Positions 49,247 through 59,424 are shown, counted from the first letter of the stretch. The stretch is DNA of 64,000 nucleotides from an uncultured Gemmatimonadales bacterium (GCA_963816355.1 CAWFKH010000005.1:224001-288000); one strand, 5' to 3'. Translations and numbers: made by a program. Notes: generated from the letters alone by a model not told the origin.

Positions 49247-50609
49247 GCCGCTCGCGCGGGAGGGCGGCGAGCAGACGCTCGGCGGCCGAAGCGGAAACGG
49301 CGAGCACGACGCGCTCGCCGCCTTCCATCCTCCCGCCGAACAGGATCCCCACCACGGCACCGTCGCGGTCGAAGATCGGGCTGCCGCTCGCGCCGCGCTC
49401 GCCATAGCCGTAGAACTCGAGGCGGTCGGCGGTGTGCGCCGCCAGCACGCCGGCGGTGACGAGCGGTCGCGGCGCCGCGCGCGAGCCGGACGAGCCGGAC
49501 GCCGCGTCGCCGCCGAGCGGGAAGCCGATCATCGCCACCGGTGAGCCGGAGGCGAGGGTGTCGGGCCTGGCGTTCACCGCGCGCACCGTGGGAACGTCGC
49601 CGACGATGCCTTCCGCCTGCACGGCGGCGAGGTCGGCGTCACGGGCGGTGGCGACGAGGTGAGCGGACCAGACCTGGTCCGAGCCGGCGAACTGGATCGC
49701 GATGCGACGCGGCCGCCGCTCGCCGTCGGCGCCCGCGACCACGTGGCGGTTGGTCAGGAGCAGCGCGTCCGCGCGCACCGCGAACGCCGTCCCCGTATCC
49801 ACTTCCCCGTCCTCCAGCTCGACGTAGATGACCGCGACTGCGGGGCGGTTCGCCGCGCCGATCGCGTCGAAGTCGAGCGACGCGGCGAGCTGCTGCCGCG
49901 TGAGTGCGGTCGTGGCCGACTGCAGTCGCCGCTGCAGCTCCGCCACGCGCGAGCCGTCGCCGGAGCGGGCGCGCTCCAGCTCCGCGGCCAGATTCCCCAC
50001 TCGCTCCCGCGAGGCTTCCAGGACCTGCTGGAGTCCGGCCGCCTCCCCACGCAGCCGTCGCAGCGCGGCCGCGCTCGCGGCGAGCGCGCTGTCCGTGCGC
50101 GCCTCCACGCGTGCGCGCTGGCGCGCGCCGCGCCGGGTGGCGATCCCGGTGTAGACGAGCGCGGTGGTCGCGATGGCGAGGAGCAGGGCGAGCGCAGCCG
50201 CGGCGCGTCGCCAGCGGCGCGCCTGGCGCACGACTTCCAGCCGGATCCGCTCCGTGGGGCGCGGCGACGGCGTGAAGGGCGGCGCCGCGGAGGCCGGCGC
50301 CGCGGAGAGGGAGCACGCCGCGATCGGGCCGCCCGCGCCGAGCTGCACCTCGTCGCCGTCGCGGAGCGCCACATCGCCCTCGACCGGCCGGCCGTTGACG
50401 AAGGTCCCGTTGCGGCTGCCGAGGTCGCGCAGGACCCAGCCGTCGCCGGAGCGCCGCAGCTCGGCGTGGAGGCCGGAGACGGCGAGGTCGCGCTGCGGAT
50501 CGAGCTGCAGATCCGCGTCCGCGCGGCGACCGATCGTGACGCGGTCGCCCGCGAAATCGCGGACCAGGCCCGCTCGCCCGCCGGTGCGGAGGCTGATCCG
50601 GAGATTCAT
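49233..50609 (-). CDS. FHA - TM - coiled coil - trypsin-like serine protease
   Basis: FHA: IGR, VSGLHA, DLGSRNGTFVNG; protease triad TNRHVV, DLA, GASGSP. Confidence 0.9.
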   Translation of the reverse strand: MNLRISLRTGGRAGLVRDFAGDRVTIGRRADADLQLDPQRDLAVSGLHAELRRSGDGWVLRDLGSRNGTFVNGRPVEGDVALRDGDEVQLGAGGPIAACSLSAAPASAAPPFTPSPRPTERIRLEVVRQARRWRRAAAALALLLAIATTALVYTGIATRRGARQRARVEARTDSALAASAAALRRLRGEAAGLQQVLEASRERVGNLAAELERARSGDGSRVAELQRRLQSATTALTRQQLAASLDFDAIGAANRPAVAVIYVELEDGEVDTGTAFAVRADALLLTNRHVVAGADGERRPRRIAIQFAGSDQVWSAHLVATARDADLAAVQAEGIVGDVPTVRAVNARPDTLASGSPVAMIGFPLGGDAASGSSGSRAAPRPLVTAGVLAAHTADRLEFYGYGERGASGSPIFDRDGAVVGILFGGRMEGGERVVLAVSASAAERLLAALPRERLSPR

Positions 50610-50621
50610 CGCGGAGGCGGC

Positions 50622-51548
50622 TCAGGGAGCCGAAGGCGGCAGCTCGTAGAGCCTGTGGCGGACGTCGTCGTCGGGACGCGCGGGCGGCAGGCCCTCTCCG
50701 TCCAGGCGTGCGACGACCGCGGTGATGTTGTCGAAGCCGCCGCGCTCATTGGCGAGCTCGACCAGGCGCCGCGCCGCGGCGTCCGGCTCCGCCGCCGCCA
50801 CCGCCGCCGCGATCTCGGCCGGGCGAACGAGGCCGGAGAGGCCGTCGGAGCAGAGGACGATCGCGTCGCCGCGGCGCAGCGGCTGATGGGTGAGGACGAC
50901 GTCGATCTCGTCCTTCGTCCCGAGCGCCTGAAGCACGAGGTTGCGGATCGCCGCGCGTTCGGCCTGCTCGGGGGTCATGTGTCCCTCGTCGACGAGCTGC
51001 TGCACGACCGACTGGTCGCGCGTGAGCTGGACGGCGACGCCGTCGCGCACGAGGTAGGCGCGCGAATCGCCGACCTGGGCGAGGTAGAGCCGGTCGCCGA
51101 AGAGCCCGGCGACCGTCGCAGTGGTGGCCATGCCCCCGAACTCCGGCTGCTCCCGCGTGCGCTCGACGATGCGGGCGTTGGCCTCCTCGACCGCGTCGCG
51201 GAGGTGGGTGGCGAAGCGCTCGGCCGAGGGCGCATCCTCCGCCATCCAGGTGCGGGCGAGGTGCTCGCCGATGTAGTTCGCCGCCAGCGCGCTCGCGACG
51301 CCGCCGGCCACGCCGCCGCCCACGCCGTCGGCGACGATGAGCAGCGCGCCCCGCTCACCCAGCCGAAAGCGGCCGGAGCCCACGTCGGGTGGCGGCTCCA
51401 CGTTCGAGTCGAGGCGGTAGCCCGCGCCGCCGCGGGAGAGGTTCGCGACCAGGAAGCTGTCCTGGTTTTCCGCCCGCTTCATCCCTCGGTCGCTGCGGCC
51501 GAAGACCGCGACGTCGATGGCGGGACTCGCTACGGCGTCCTCGTTCAT
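50622..51548 (-). CDS. PP2C/Stp1-type Ser/Thr phosphatase
   Basis: RAENQDS, VADGVGG, VGDSRAY, LCSDGL, GGFDNIT. Confidence 0.95.
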   Translation of the reverse strand: MNEDAVASPAIDVAVFGRSDRGMKRAENQDSFLVANLSRGGAGYRLDSNVEPPPDVGSGRFRLGERGALLIVADGVGGGVAGGVASALAANYIGEHLARTWMAEDAPSAERFATHLRDAVEEANARIVERTREQPEFGGMATTATVAGLFGDRLYLAQVGDSRAYLVRDGVAVQLTRDQSVVQQLVDEGHMTPEQAERAAIRNLVLQALGTKDEIDVVLTHQPLRRGDAIVLCSDGLSGLVRPAEIAAAVAAAEPDAAARRLVELANERGGFDNITAVVARLDGEGLPPARPDDDVRHRLYELPPSAP

Positions 51549-53209
51549 CGGTGGCTCCCCTGGAGCGCTTCGAGATAGCTGCGATAGCCGCGCGCCAGGC
51601 GCACCGAATCGTGCGCCAGAGCGCGCCGCGTCCAGCGAATCGCACCCGCGACGTCCCCCTGCTTGTCGAGCGCATTCGCGTAGACGAACGCCGCGAGGCC
51701 GCGTTGCCACTCCTCGAGCCCGGGCGCGTCGTACGCGAGTCGCGCGGTGTCCGCCGCCGCGGCGACCACGCGCGACGCGACCGCGCCCCCTTCCGGCGGC
51801 GTGAGTCGGTCGAGCGCGCGGTACAGCACGTCCGCGGCGTTGCCCGCATTGATCGCCGTGGAAGCCCGCTCGCCGCGGCCGTCGTGGGGCGCGGGGGCCG
51901 GCGGCACGGGAGAAGGCGCGACGCTGTCGGCCCCGCCGTCTCCGCCGCCGTCCGGGCCGGCGCCGCCGCCATTGGAGGCGCTGTCCGCGGTGACCACCTG
52001 AAGCGGACCGTCCGGGCTCGACCGTCCGCCCCCGTCGTCCGATCCGCGGAGGAACAACGCCGCCCCCGCCGCGCTCACCGTCGCCAGCGCGACGGCGGCG
52101 AGGGCGAGCGTACGCACCGGCAGGCGGCGAGGCGCCTGCCGCGGCGCGACGCGCGTCGCCGGCACGTCGTCCGCGGTGGCGGCCGCGGCAGTGCCGGTGG
52201 CCCCGGCGGTCCCGGTGGCCGCGGCACCACGGACCGCGCCGGCGGTGCCGGCATCCGCGACGCGGCCGGTCCCGGCGGTGCCCGTGCGCTCCCCGCTCGC
52301 CGCCCGCTCGAGGCTTGCCGCGAAGTCGCCGGCGCTCGCCCAGCGGTCGTCGGCGCGGCGGGAGAGCGCGCGGTCGAGCGCGCTCTGGAGGGCGGGGGGG
52401 AAGGGGCCGGCGCCGGTCGCGTCGAGGCGCATGGGCCGGTCGGTCAGGCGTTTGATCATGCGGTCCTGCGACGTCTCCGCCTCGAACGGCAGCCGGGCGG
52501 TGAGCATGCGATAGACGACGACGGCGAGGGAGTAGATGTCGCTGCGGCCGTCGACCGGGTCGCCGGTGAGCTGCTCCGGGCTCATGTAGTCCGGCGTTCC
52601 GACGACGAAGCCGTGGCGGGTGACGTCCTGTCCCGGCTCGTCGCCCCCGATCGCCTTGGCGATCCCGAAGTCCACGACCTTGACGCGGTCGCGGCCGTCG
52701 GGCGCCGCCGCGATCATGATGTTGTCCGGCTTCAGGTCGCGGTGGACGATGCCGCGCTCGTGGGCGGCGGCGAGCGCCGCGGCCACGCTGGAAGCGATGG
52801 CGATGGTGCGCGGGAGCGGCAGCGGCCCGTCGCGCTCGAGGATGCGCCCGAGCGGCTCGCCGGGGACGTACTCCATGGCGAGGAAGACGGTGCCGTCGGC
52901 GGTCTCGCCGAAGTCGTAGATGGCGCAGACGTTCGGATGGCTGATGAAGGAGGCGTTGCGCGCCTCCCGGGTGAAGCGGGCGAGCGCCTCCGGATCGCGG
53001 GCGAAGGAGCGCGTCAGGACCTTGATCGCGTCCTCGCGGCCCATGCGCAGGTGCTCCCCGAGGTAGACGGCGCCCATCGCGCCCTGCCCGAGCTTGCGCA
53101 CCACGCGGTAGCGGCCGGCGAGCGTGCCGCCCACGAGCGGATCGGCGGCCGGCTCCGCTCCGCCTTCATGCGGCGTCCGCGCCGCGCCGGGCTTCCGCGC
53201 TTCGTCCAC
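51545..53209 (-). CDS. Membrane Hanks-type Ser/Thr kinase
   Basis: GQGAMGAVY, AIK, HRDLKPDN, DFG, MSPE; TM helix and periplasmic helical domain. Confidence 0.95.
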   Translation of the reverse strand: MDEARKPGAARTPHEGGAEPAADPLVGGTLAGRYRVVRKLGQGAMGAVYLGEHLRMGREDAIKVLTRSFARDPEALARFTREARNASFISHPNVCAIYDFGETADGTVFLAMEYVPGEPLGRILERDGPLPLPRTIAIASSVAAALAAAHERGIVHRDLKPDNIMIAAAPDGRDRVKVVDFGIAKAIGGDEPGQDVTRHGFVVGTPDYMSPEQLTGDPVDGRSDIYSLAVVVYRMLTARLPFEAETSQDRMIKRLTDRPMRLDATGAGPFPPALQSALDRALSRRADDRWASAGDFAASLERAASGERTGTAGTGRVADAGTAGAVRGAAATGTAGATGTAAAATADDVPATRVAPRQAPRRLPVRTLALAAVALATVSAAGAALFLRGSDDGGGRSSPDGPLQVVTADSASNGGGAGPDGGGDGGADSVAPSPVPPAPAPHDGRGERASTAINAGNAADVLYRALDRLTPPEGGAVASRVVAAAADTARLAYDAPGLEEWQRGLAAFVYANALDKQGDVAGAIRWTRRALAHDSVRLARGYRSYLEALQGSHR

Positions 53210-53212
53210 GAG

Positions 53213-53779
53213 CTAACGGGAGCGGTCGGCGGGGCCGCAGTCGGTGGCGCGGTCCTGGCGCTCGATGAAGGTGACCGGCCCTGTGAAGCGGCGCACGCGC
53301 ACGACCTCGACCGGGTACGCGTCGGCGTTGAAGTTGCCGCAGCCCTGGATCGTGCGCACGACGACGGCGAGCGCATCGTGCTCGTTGCCCGCGGCGTCGC
53401 GCTCCTTGCGCACGCCGACGCTGTCGACGCGGATCTGATCCTCCGCCTTGCGGCGCCCGGCGGCGACGACGACCACCATGTCACGGTCGAAGTCGACCTG
53501 CGGCATGGGCGGCGGCGACGGCCGCTTCGACGTCGCCTGCTGCCAGATCTCGCGCCAGCGCGCCGCCTCGCGGACGACGATGCGCGCGGAGTCCGGGAAT
53601 CCGCCGGCGTCGTCGTAGTAGAGGCGCGCCTCGGGCGCGACGGGACCGAGCACCGCGGAGAGGGGCGGCGGGGCGGCGCCGCCGTGAGCGCACGCGGCGG
53701 CGGCCGCGGCGAAGGCGAGCGCGAGGAGAGCGCCGCGCGCCGCTGTGGCGGCGCTGGCGTCGGAGTGGCGACGTCGCAT
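53213..53779 (-). CDS. Lipoprotein with PrcB-C-like domain
   Basis: AAAC lipobox; WREIW...PQVDFDRDMVVVV. Confidence 0.6.
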   Translation of the reverse strand: MRRRHSDASAATAARGALLALAFAAAAAACAHGGAAPPPLSAVLGPVAPEARLYYDDAGGFPDSARIVVREAARWREIWQQATSKRPSPPPMPQVDFDRDMVVVVAAGRRKAEDQIRVDSVGVRKERDAAGNEHDALAVVVRTIQGCGNFNADAYPVEVVRVRRFTGPVTFIERQDRATDCGPADRSR

Positions 53780-53793
53780 GGAGATCACGGAGT

Positions 53794-56700
53794 TCACCTC
53801 GCTATGGTCGAGACGCAGTCGAGCCCGGCCAGGTAGCCGGGGTCGAAGATCGGGATGCCGCTGGCGAGCGTGATCTCGCCGGTGAGGTCGAACTGCTGTC
53901 CGGGTACGGGCCAGCGCAGGGAGTAGCGACCGTTGCCGATGGCGTGCCATTCGGCGCGGCCGAGCAGGTGGAAGAGCGCCCACGGCCCGTCGTCCACCTG
54001 GACCAGCGGAACCTCGCCGCCGCCGACCGTGCCGGTGATCTTCGCGCTGCGGGCGCGCGTGCCATCCCAGGTGAAGCGCTGCGAGCGCAGGAAGGTGCGG
54101 GTGAAGCGCTGCGTCTGACCGTCGATCGAGACGACCACTTCCGGGAGCTGCGGCGAGGCCTCGAGACGGAGCAGGAAGTCGACGGCGGGGCCGCTGCCGT
54201 CGCTGCGGAAGAGACCCTCGGAGACGTGCGCGGCGCGGTTGAAGAAGCGCACGAACGCGCTCGTCGGCTGCGGCCGCGCGCCGGGCCGGGCGCGGTACTC
54301 CGACCCCTGCTTGGCGAGGAACGGCTGCAGCGCGTCCTGATAGAACGTCCACAGCACGCTTGTGCCCGGCTTCAGCACGGCGGCCACGTCGTCCATCGAG
54401 GCGTCGCGTCCGGCGCGCGGGCTGAACGGGTAGTGGCCGGAGATCGGCGAGAAGGCGCGGCAGAAGTCGGCGCCTGCCGCGTTGACGTCGCTCGAAGGCA
54501 GCCGGCTCAGCAGGCGGTCCGTCATCACGATCGGCGCGTCGAGGAACGACTGCACCGCGGCCCCCACGGCGCTCGCCTGGCCGTCGACCTTGAAGCCCTG
54601 CGTGACCTGGCGCAACGCGTTGCGCGCCTGGTCGGCGTCTGTCGCCGCCTGGTCGATGGCGCGGCCGCGATCGCCGCCCGCCTGCGCGACCTGGTCGAAG
54701 GAGGCCTGCAGCCGGCCGAGCGCGTCCATGTACGGCTTGTTCGCGTCGACGACGAAGCGGTCCGTCACGTCCGCGGGGATCACGACGTGCACCGGCTGGA
54801 ACGCGCCGATCACGGTCTCGCGGTCCAGCTCGCCGCCGAGCGTGCTGTCGATGGCGGTGTTGTGCGCGGCGAGCGAGATCAGCTCCAGCAGCGGCGACTG
54901 GTTGCCGCTCAGGCGCGTGAGTCGAGTGGCGCCGTCGGCCGCGCCGCCGAACGGCACGACGGCGGCGTGCTGGAGGTAGCGCGTCCAGCTCGCGATGTAG
55001 TCGGCGACGTAGCGCGCGCGAAGCTCGGCGGCCATCTGCGCCAGCTGCTGCGGACTCAGCAGCTCCTCTCCGGTGACCCAATCCTCCTGGGCGAAGAGGT
55101 GGGACACGTCGCCGATGTTGCGGCTGATGTACGCCCAGCCTTCCGGCGTGAACGCGGCGGGCACGCTGTAGTCGTCGCGCACGAAGCCGGTCGAGCCGGG
55201 GAAGCGCTGCGCGAACTCGACCGGCCGCGCTCCGCGCGAGGCGGCGAGGAGCATCTGCTGATAGAAGCGGTCGACGCCGGCGAAGCTGCGCAGGAAGTCG
55301 CGCGTGCGATTGACGACCGCCTCCTGCTCGGGGGCGGTGTACGGATTGCCGAACGGCAGCTCGCTCGCGAAGCGGTCGAACTGCCGCCGCGCGAGGTCGC
55401 GCCGTTCCCCCTCGACGGAGCCGGCGGCGGGCCAGTAGCGCAGCAGCACCGGAGTGAGGAAGGCGGCGGTGCTGTGGTCCGGATAGCGCGTCGTGACGAG
55501 GTGCGCCTTCAGCGCGTCGTACGTGGTCGAGTAGTCGCTGCTGTCCGTGGCGGTCGCGGGCAGCCCGCGCAGGAAGTCGAGCAGCCCGGCACGCGTCGAG
55601 GCCCAGAGCGCACGGTCGAACGAGGCGAAGTACGCCTGTCGCAGCGCCGGCAGCAGCGCGTCGCCGCGGTAGAGGCCCCACGCCAGGTGGAGCGGTCGGC
55701 CGTCCCGCTCGTAGGCGCGCAGGCGATCGAGCCGGACCCCCAACGAATCGAGCGCGCGCAGACCCTCGACGGTGAGCGCCGCCGGCGCCGCGCCCTGCGC
55801 GCCGAGGCCCTGGAGCGCCGCCGCGTCGTCGAGCGCGAGGCGCCGGTTGTAGTGCCACGACGTGACGAATCCGACCGACAGGACGAACGCGACGGCGGCG
55901 GCGCCGCCGAGCAGCGCGCGGCGCAGGAAGTTCACGCGCGTGCCACCGCCGGTGACGGCGCGCGCGGTGGGGTCGCCGAGGAGGACGTCGGAGAACCAGC
56001 GCCGCACGAAAACCCACTGCGGCACGCGGCGGGTGCCGCCGCTCGCGGGTGAGGGCGCGGCCAGCGGCACGCTGGGCGCCTGGAACACCATCGTCGCGCC
56101 GATGCCGCCCGCGTCCGCCGTCATCTGCGGCTGCGCCGGCGCCGCGGCCGCCGCGTCACGGACCACGACCGGCCGCACGCCGGCGAAATAGAAGCCGCGC
56201 AGGAACGGGCTCACGCCGAGCTGACTGGGGCGGCACAGCTCGACGAGGAACTTGCTCGCGGCGTCCTCCACCTTGCCGAACTCGCGCGGAAACTCGTAGA
56301 CGCCGCCGCGGATCTCCGGGTCCGCGTCACGCCGGAGCTGGCGCCGCCGCTTCAGCGCGAGGGAGCGGAAGAGGCCGCCGAACGCTTCCCGCACGCGGGC
56401 CGCTTCGCGCTCGCCGTAGGTGCCGGCGGCCGCGTCGTCGAGCGGAAGCGTCGCGCCCAGCACCTCGCCGACCTCCGCGTCCGTCATGCCGCGCGCGTAG
56501 TCGGCGAAGTAGGGGATGCTGTCGACCTTGGTGAAGAGGACGTACACCGGCAGGCGTATGCCCAGCCACTGCGCGACCTCCTGCAGGCGGTCGCGCAGCC
56601 GGCGCGCCGCCGCCACCGCGGCTTCCGCGCCGCCCGGGCCGGCCAGCTCGTCGCAGCCGAAGCAGACGACGGCGACGCGCGGCGCCTGCGGCCCGCGCGC

Positions 56701-57246
56701 CACCGCGGCGCCGAGTCGTTGCGGCGTGAGGTGCCGCACCAGCCGCGCCCAGCGGGCCGGATCGTCGAGCAGCACGCCGCCCGCCTCGACCAGCACCGCC
56801 TCGCGCGCGTACCACACGTTCACCGAGGGCGTCGGCGCGACGCCGTCGCCGCGGTACACTTCGCCCGAGAGCAGCTCCGGATCGAGCCCGGAGTTCGCGA
56901 TCAACGTCGTCTTCGTCGTGCCGGGCGGCCCCAGGAAGAGCGCGACCGGGAGGCGGCTGATCCGGGCGCCCTCCACCGGCCGCGCGGCGGAGAGCCGGCG
57001 CGTCGCCTCGGCGATGGCGTCGTCGATCTCCTGCGACGCCGTGTCCGGGATCTCCGCGCGCGCGAGCAGGCGGTAGCGGCGGTACAGCAGCGCGGCGGCG
57101 ATCAGGCCGAGGAGCCACAGGCCGCCCCAGAGGATCCAGCGCAGGCCGCCCGCGAGCCCGATCAGGCGGGCGATGACGAAGCTCGCCACCACGAAGATCA
57201 GCAACGTGGCCGTGGAGAACGACCACGCCTTCGTCCGCGCCTTCAT
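53794..57246 (-). CDS. tssM: T6SS membrane subunit TssM/IcmF (1150 aa)
   Basis: 2 N-terminal TMs, GPPGTTKTT, LPVYVLFTKVD, FLRGFYF, third TM, YPF, C-terminal GPWALF. Confidence 0.9.
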   Translation of the reverse strand: MKARTKAWSFSTATLLIFVVASFVIARLIGLAGGLRWILWGGLWLLGLIAAALLYRRYRLLARAEIPDTASQEIDDAIAEATRRLSAARPVEGARISRLPVALFLGPPGTTKTTLIANSGLDPELLSGEVYRGDGVAPTPSVNVWYAREAVLVEAGGVLLDDPARWARLVRHLTPQRLGAAVARGPQAPRVAVVCFGCDELAGPGGAEAAVAAARRLRDRLQEVAQWLGIRLPVYVLFTKVDSIPYFADYARGMTDAEVGEVLGATLPLDDAAAGTYGEREAARVREAFGGLFRSLALKRRRQLRRDADPEIRGGVYEFPREFGKVEDAASKFLVELCRPSQLGVSPFLRGFYFAGVRPVVVRDAAAAAPAQPQMTADAGGIGATMVFQAPSVPLAAPSPASGGTRRVPQWVFVRRWFSDVLLGDPTARAVTGGGTRVNFLRRALLGGAAAVAFVLSVGFVTSWHYNRRLALDDAAALQGLGAQGAAPAALTVEGLRALDSLGVRLDRLRAYERDGRPLHLAWGLYRGDALLPALRQAYFASFDRALWASTRAGLLDFLRGLPATATDSSDYSTTYDALKAHLVTTRYPDHSTAAFLTPVLLRYWPAAGSVEGERRDLARRQFDRFASELPFGNPYTAPEQEAVVNRTRDFLRSFAGVDRFYQQMLLAASRGARPVEFAQRFPGSTGFVRDDYSVPAAFTPEGWAYISRNIGDVSHLFAQEDWVTGEELLSPQQLAQMAAELRARYVADYIASWTRYLQHAAVVPFGGAADGATRLTRLSGNQSPLLELISLAAHNTAIDSTLGGELDRETVIGAFQPVHVVIPADVTDRFVVDANKPYMDALGRLQASFDQVAQAGGDRGRAIDQAATDADQARNALRQVTQGFKVDGQASAVGAAVQSFLDAPIVMTDRLLSRLPSSDVNAAGADFCRAFSPISGHYPFSPRAGRDASMDDVAAVLKPGTSVLWTFYQDALQPFLAKQGSEYRARPGARPQPTSAFVRFFNRAAHVSEGLFRSDGSGPAVDFLLRLEASPQLPEVVVSIDGQTQRFTRTFLRSQRFTWDGTRARSAKITGTVGGGEVPLVQVDDGPWALFHLLGRAEWHAIGNGRYSLRWPVPGQQFDLTGEITLASGIPIFDPGYLAGLDCVSTIAR

Positions 57247-57986
57247 CGCGTCACCTGCGCGGCTTCCTGCCGCACCGTGCCGACGGCGCCGCGCAGCGAA
57301 AGCGAGAAGCCGACGAAGAGCAGCAGCGCGACGAGGGCGAGGCCGCCGGCCAGCGCGGCGATGCGGCCGAGCCACGGGTCGTGCGCGACCGGCGCCCGCT
57401 CCCCGGGCGGCGGCATCCAGGCGGGCGAGAGCGGCTCGTCGGACCCGCGGATGCGGCGGATCTTCTCATCCGTCGCGGCGATCAGCGAGTCCACCTCGCC
57501 GCTGTGGCCGGCGGCGTAGCGGCCGCGGAAGCCGAGGAGCAGGCAGAGCTCGAAGACTTCGAGCAGGTCGGCCAGGTCGGAGGAATCCTGGCGCCCGAGC
57601 AGCTCGCGCAGGTAGAGGAAGAACGTCTCCCCCGCCATGTGGTCGCCGAACACTTCCTCCTGCAGCGGCTGGCGCGGCCAGTCCGCGAACATCGGCTGGC
57701 GCGAGTTGAGCACGCTCTCGTCGAGGAACGCGACGTAGGCGTAGACGGCGAGCTTGACGTCGGCGCCGTCGTAGCCCGCCTGGCGCGCCGCGGCGTCGGC
57801 GGCGGCGAGCAGGCGTTTGGCGTGCGCGCGGAAGGCTGCCGAGTCGGTGGCCACCTGCCGGTTGGCGCGCAGGCGGACGGCGGCGGTGAACGCCTCCTGC
57901 AGGGCGAGGGCGAGGGCGCCGCGCCGCGGGTCGCGGGCGGCGGCTTCCTGCTGCGGCGCGGCGAAGGCCGCGGTCGCCGTGGTCAT
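57243..57986 (-). CDS. tssL: T6SS TssL/DotU, no peptidoglycan-binding domain
   Basis: AFLDE, W..QPLQ, AGETFF, CLLLGFRGRY, C-terminal TM. Confidence 0.92.
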   Translation of the reverse strand: MTTATAAFAAPQQEAAARDPRRGALALALQEAFTAAVRLRANRQVATDSAAFRAHAKRLLAAADAAARQAGYDGADVKLAVYAYVAFLDESVLNSRQPMFADWPRQPLQEEVFGDHMAGETFFLYLRELLGRQDSSDLADLLEVFELCLLLGFRGRYAAGHSGEVDSLIAATDEKIRRIRGSDEPLSPAWMPPPGERAPVAHDPWLGRIAALAGGLALVALLLFVGFSLSLRGAVGTVRQEAAQVTR

Positions 57987-59341
57987 GCACCCTCCTGGAT
58001 CAGAACGAGCAGCTCGAGCTCTGCGTCCGGGAGCGCTCCGGGCACGTACGCGCCCACCTCGATCGGGTCCGCGTTCTCGAGGAGCGTCCAGCAGCCGCCG
58101 CTCCTGCGCACGGCGAAGTACTGGAAGCCGGCGCGCGGCAGAATGGCGCTCGGCGGCGTCGGCTCGTGCTCCAGCTCGAGACCCGGGAAGGCGCGCTCGA
58201 CGAGCTTCGAAATGTGGGCGGCGGAGCACAGCTTGACCAGCTTCGGGACGCCGTCGAGCACGTCCGCCTGACGCGCGCTGGAGCGGAATCCCAGATACCA
58301 CCGCGACGGCGGCAGCAGCGCGCGCCGGTCGGCGACGACGCCCCGGTAGTAGAGCGGCTCGGCCGGGTCGAGCGTCACCCGCAGCGCGCCCTCCGGCAAC
58401 GCCACGTCGAGGTGGGCGCGGATCTGCGCGTCGAGCGCGCCGAAGCAGCCGCCCAGGTCGTCGTGGTCGTAGACGGGCAGCGCCCCCGCGTCCGCCTGCA
58501 GGGAGAAGGTGCAGAGCGCGCCCGCGAGGCGCGACATGTCCCGGAAGAGCCGCTCCGGATGGAGGTTGCGGGTCTCGTAGTCGCAGCGCAGCGCCGCCAG
58601 GCCCGTGTGCACCGCGTGCGCCATCCAGTAGCCCGCAATCTCGCGCGCGCCGTACTCCTCCGTGCCCACCGACGCGCGGCGCTGCGCGGCCAGGTAGTCC
58701 GCCTTCGCCGACAGGATGTCGATGAGGCGCCGCAGCATCTCGAGGAGCCGCCGGCTCGCGCTCACCTGCACCACGGGTGGGACGTACTCCGGATCGTAGA
58801 CGAAATGGCCGGCGTGGTCGCGCCGGATCGTCGCCAGCGGCAGCGCGATGCGGCCCTCCCCGGGCGGGTCCAGCTCGAGGCGGAAGTTCTTGCGCGCGAG
58901 CGCGACCGGCTTCTCGTCGGCGCCCAGCGTGTCGTCGCGCAGCGTCTGGGTCACCGCCGTGTAGCGCAGGCCGTCGGCGGAGCGTGGCTCCAGGGCGCAG
59001 TTCGGCTCGCCCGGCCGGTAGGGCGCGATCGTCAGCAGCAACCGCCGGCTCTCGTCCGTGGGCGCGAAGGCCTCGTCCACGCGCAGCGGCGCGGGCGCCG
59101 CGTCGTCGGGAAACTGGAACGCGATGCCGTCCGGCATGACGCCGCGCGCGTGGATCAGCGACGCGGTGCCGTTCAGCAGCGCGTCCGCGTCCAGCTCGCA
59201 GGCGACCACGCCGTAGGGCCGGAAGAAGAGCTGGTCGAGCGCAAACGCGGCCGACTCCTCGACCCAGCGACTCTGCAACTGGAAGTGGTGCTGGGCGAGG
59301 TGCATGCCCTCACGCCAGACGACCCGGGACAGAGACCTCAT
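57983..59341 (-). CDS. tssK: T6SS baseplate TssK, copy 1
   Basis: VVWREGMHLAQHHFQ, YVPP, HPERLF, YDHDDL, YVPG. Confidence 0.92.
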   Translation of the reverse strand: MRSLSRVVWREGMHLAQHHFQLQSRWVEESAAFALDQLFFRPYGVVACELDADALLNGTASLIHARGVMPDGIAFQFPDDAAPAPLRVDEAFAPTDESRRLLLTIAPYRPGEPNCALEPRSADGLRYTAVTQTLRDDTLGADEKPVALARKNFRLELDPPGEGRIALPLATIRRDHAGHFVYDPEYVPPVVQVSASRRLLEMLRRLIDILSAKADYLAAQRRASVGTEEYGAREIAGYWMAHAVHTGLAALRCDYETRNLHPERLFRDMSRLAGALCTFSLQADAGALPVYDHDDLGGCFGALDAQIRAHLDVALPEGALRVTLDPAEPLYYRGVVADRRALLPPSRWYLGFRSSARQADVLDGVPKLVKLCSAAHISKLVERAFPGLELEHEPTPPSAILPRAGFQYFAVRRSGGCWTLLENADPIEVGAYVPGALPDAELELLVLIQEGA

Positions 59342-59424
59342 CGCGCCTCTCGGCCTGACCGCTTCGATTGGGGGGAGCCGACCCACGTCGGCTCCGGGTC
59401 CGGCGGACCGCACGGGGAGAACCT

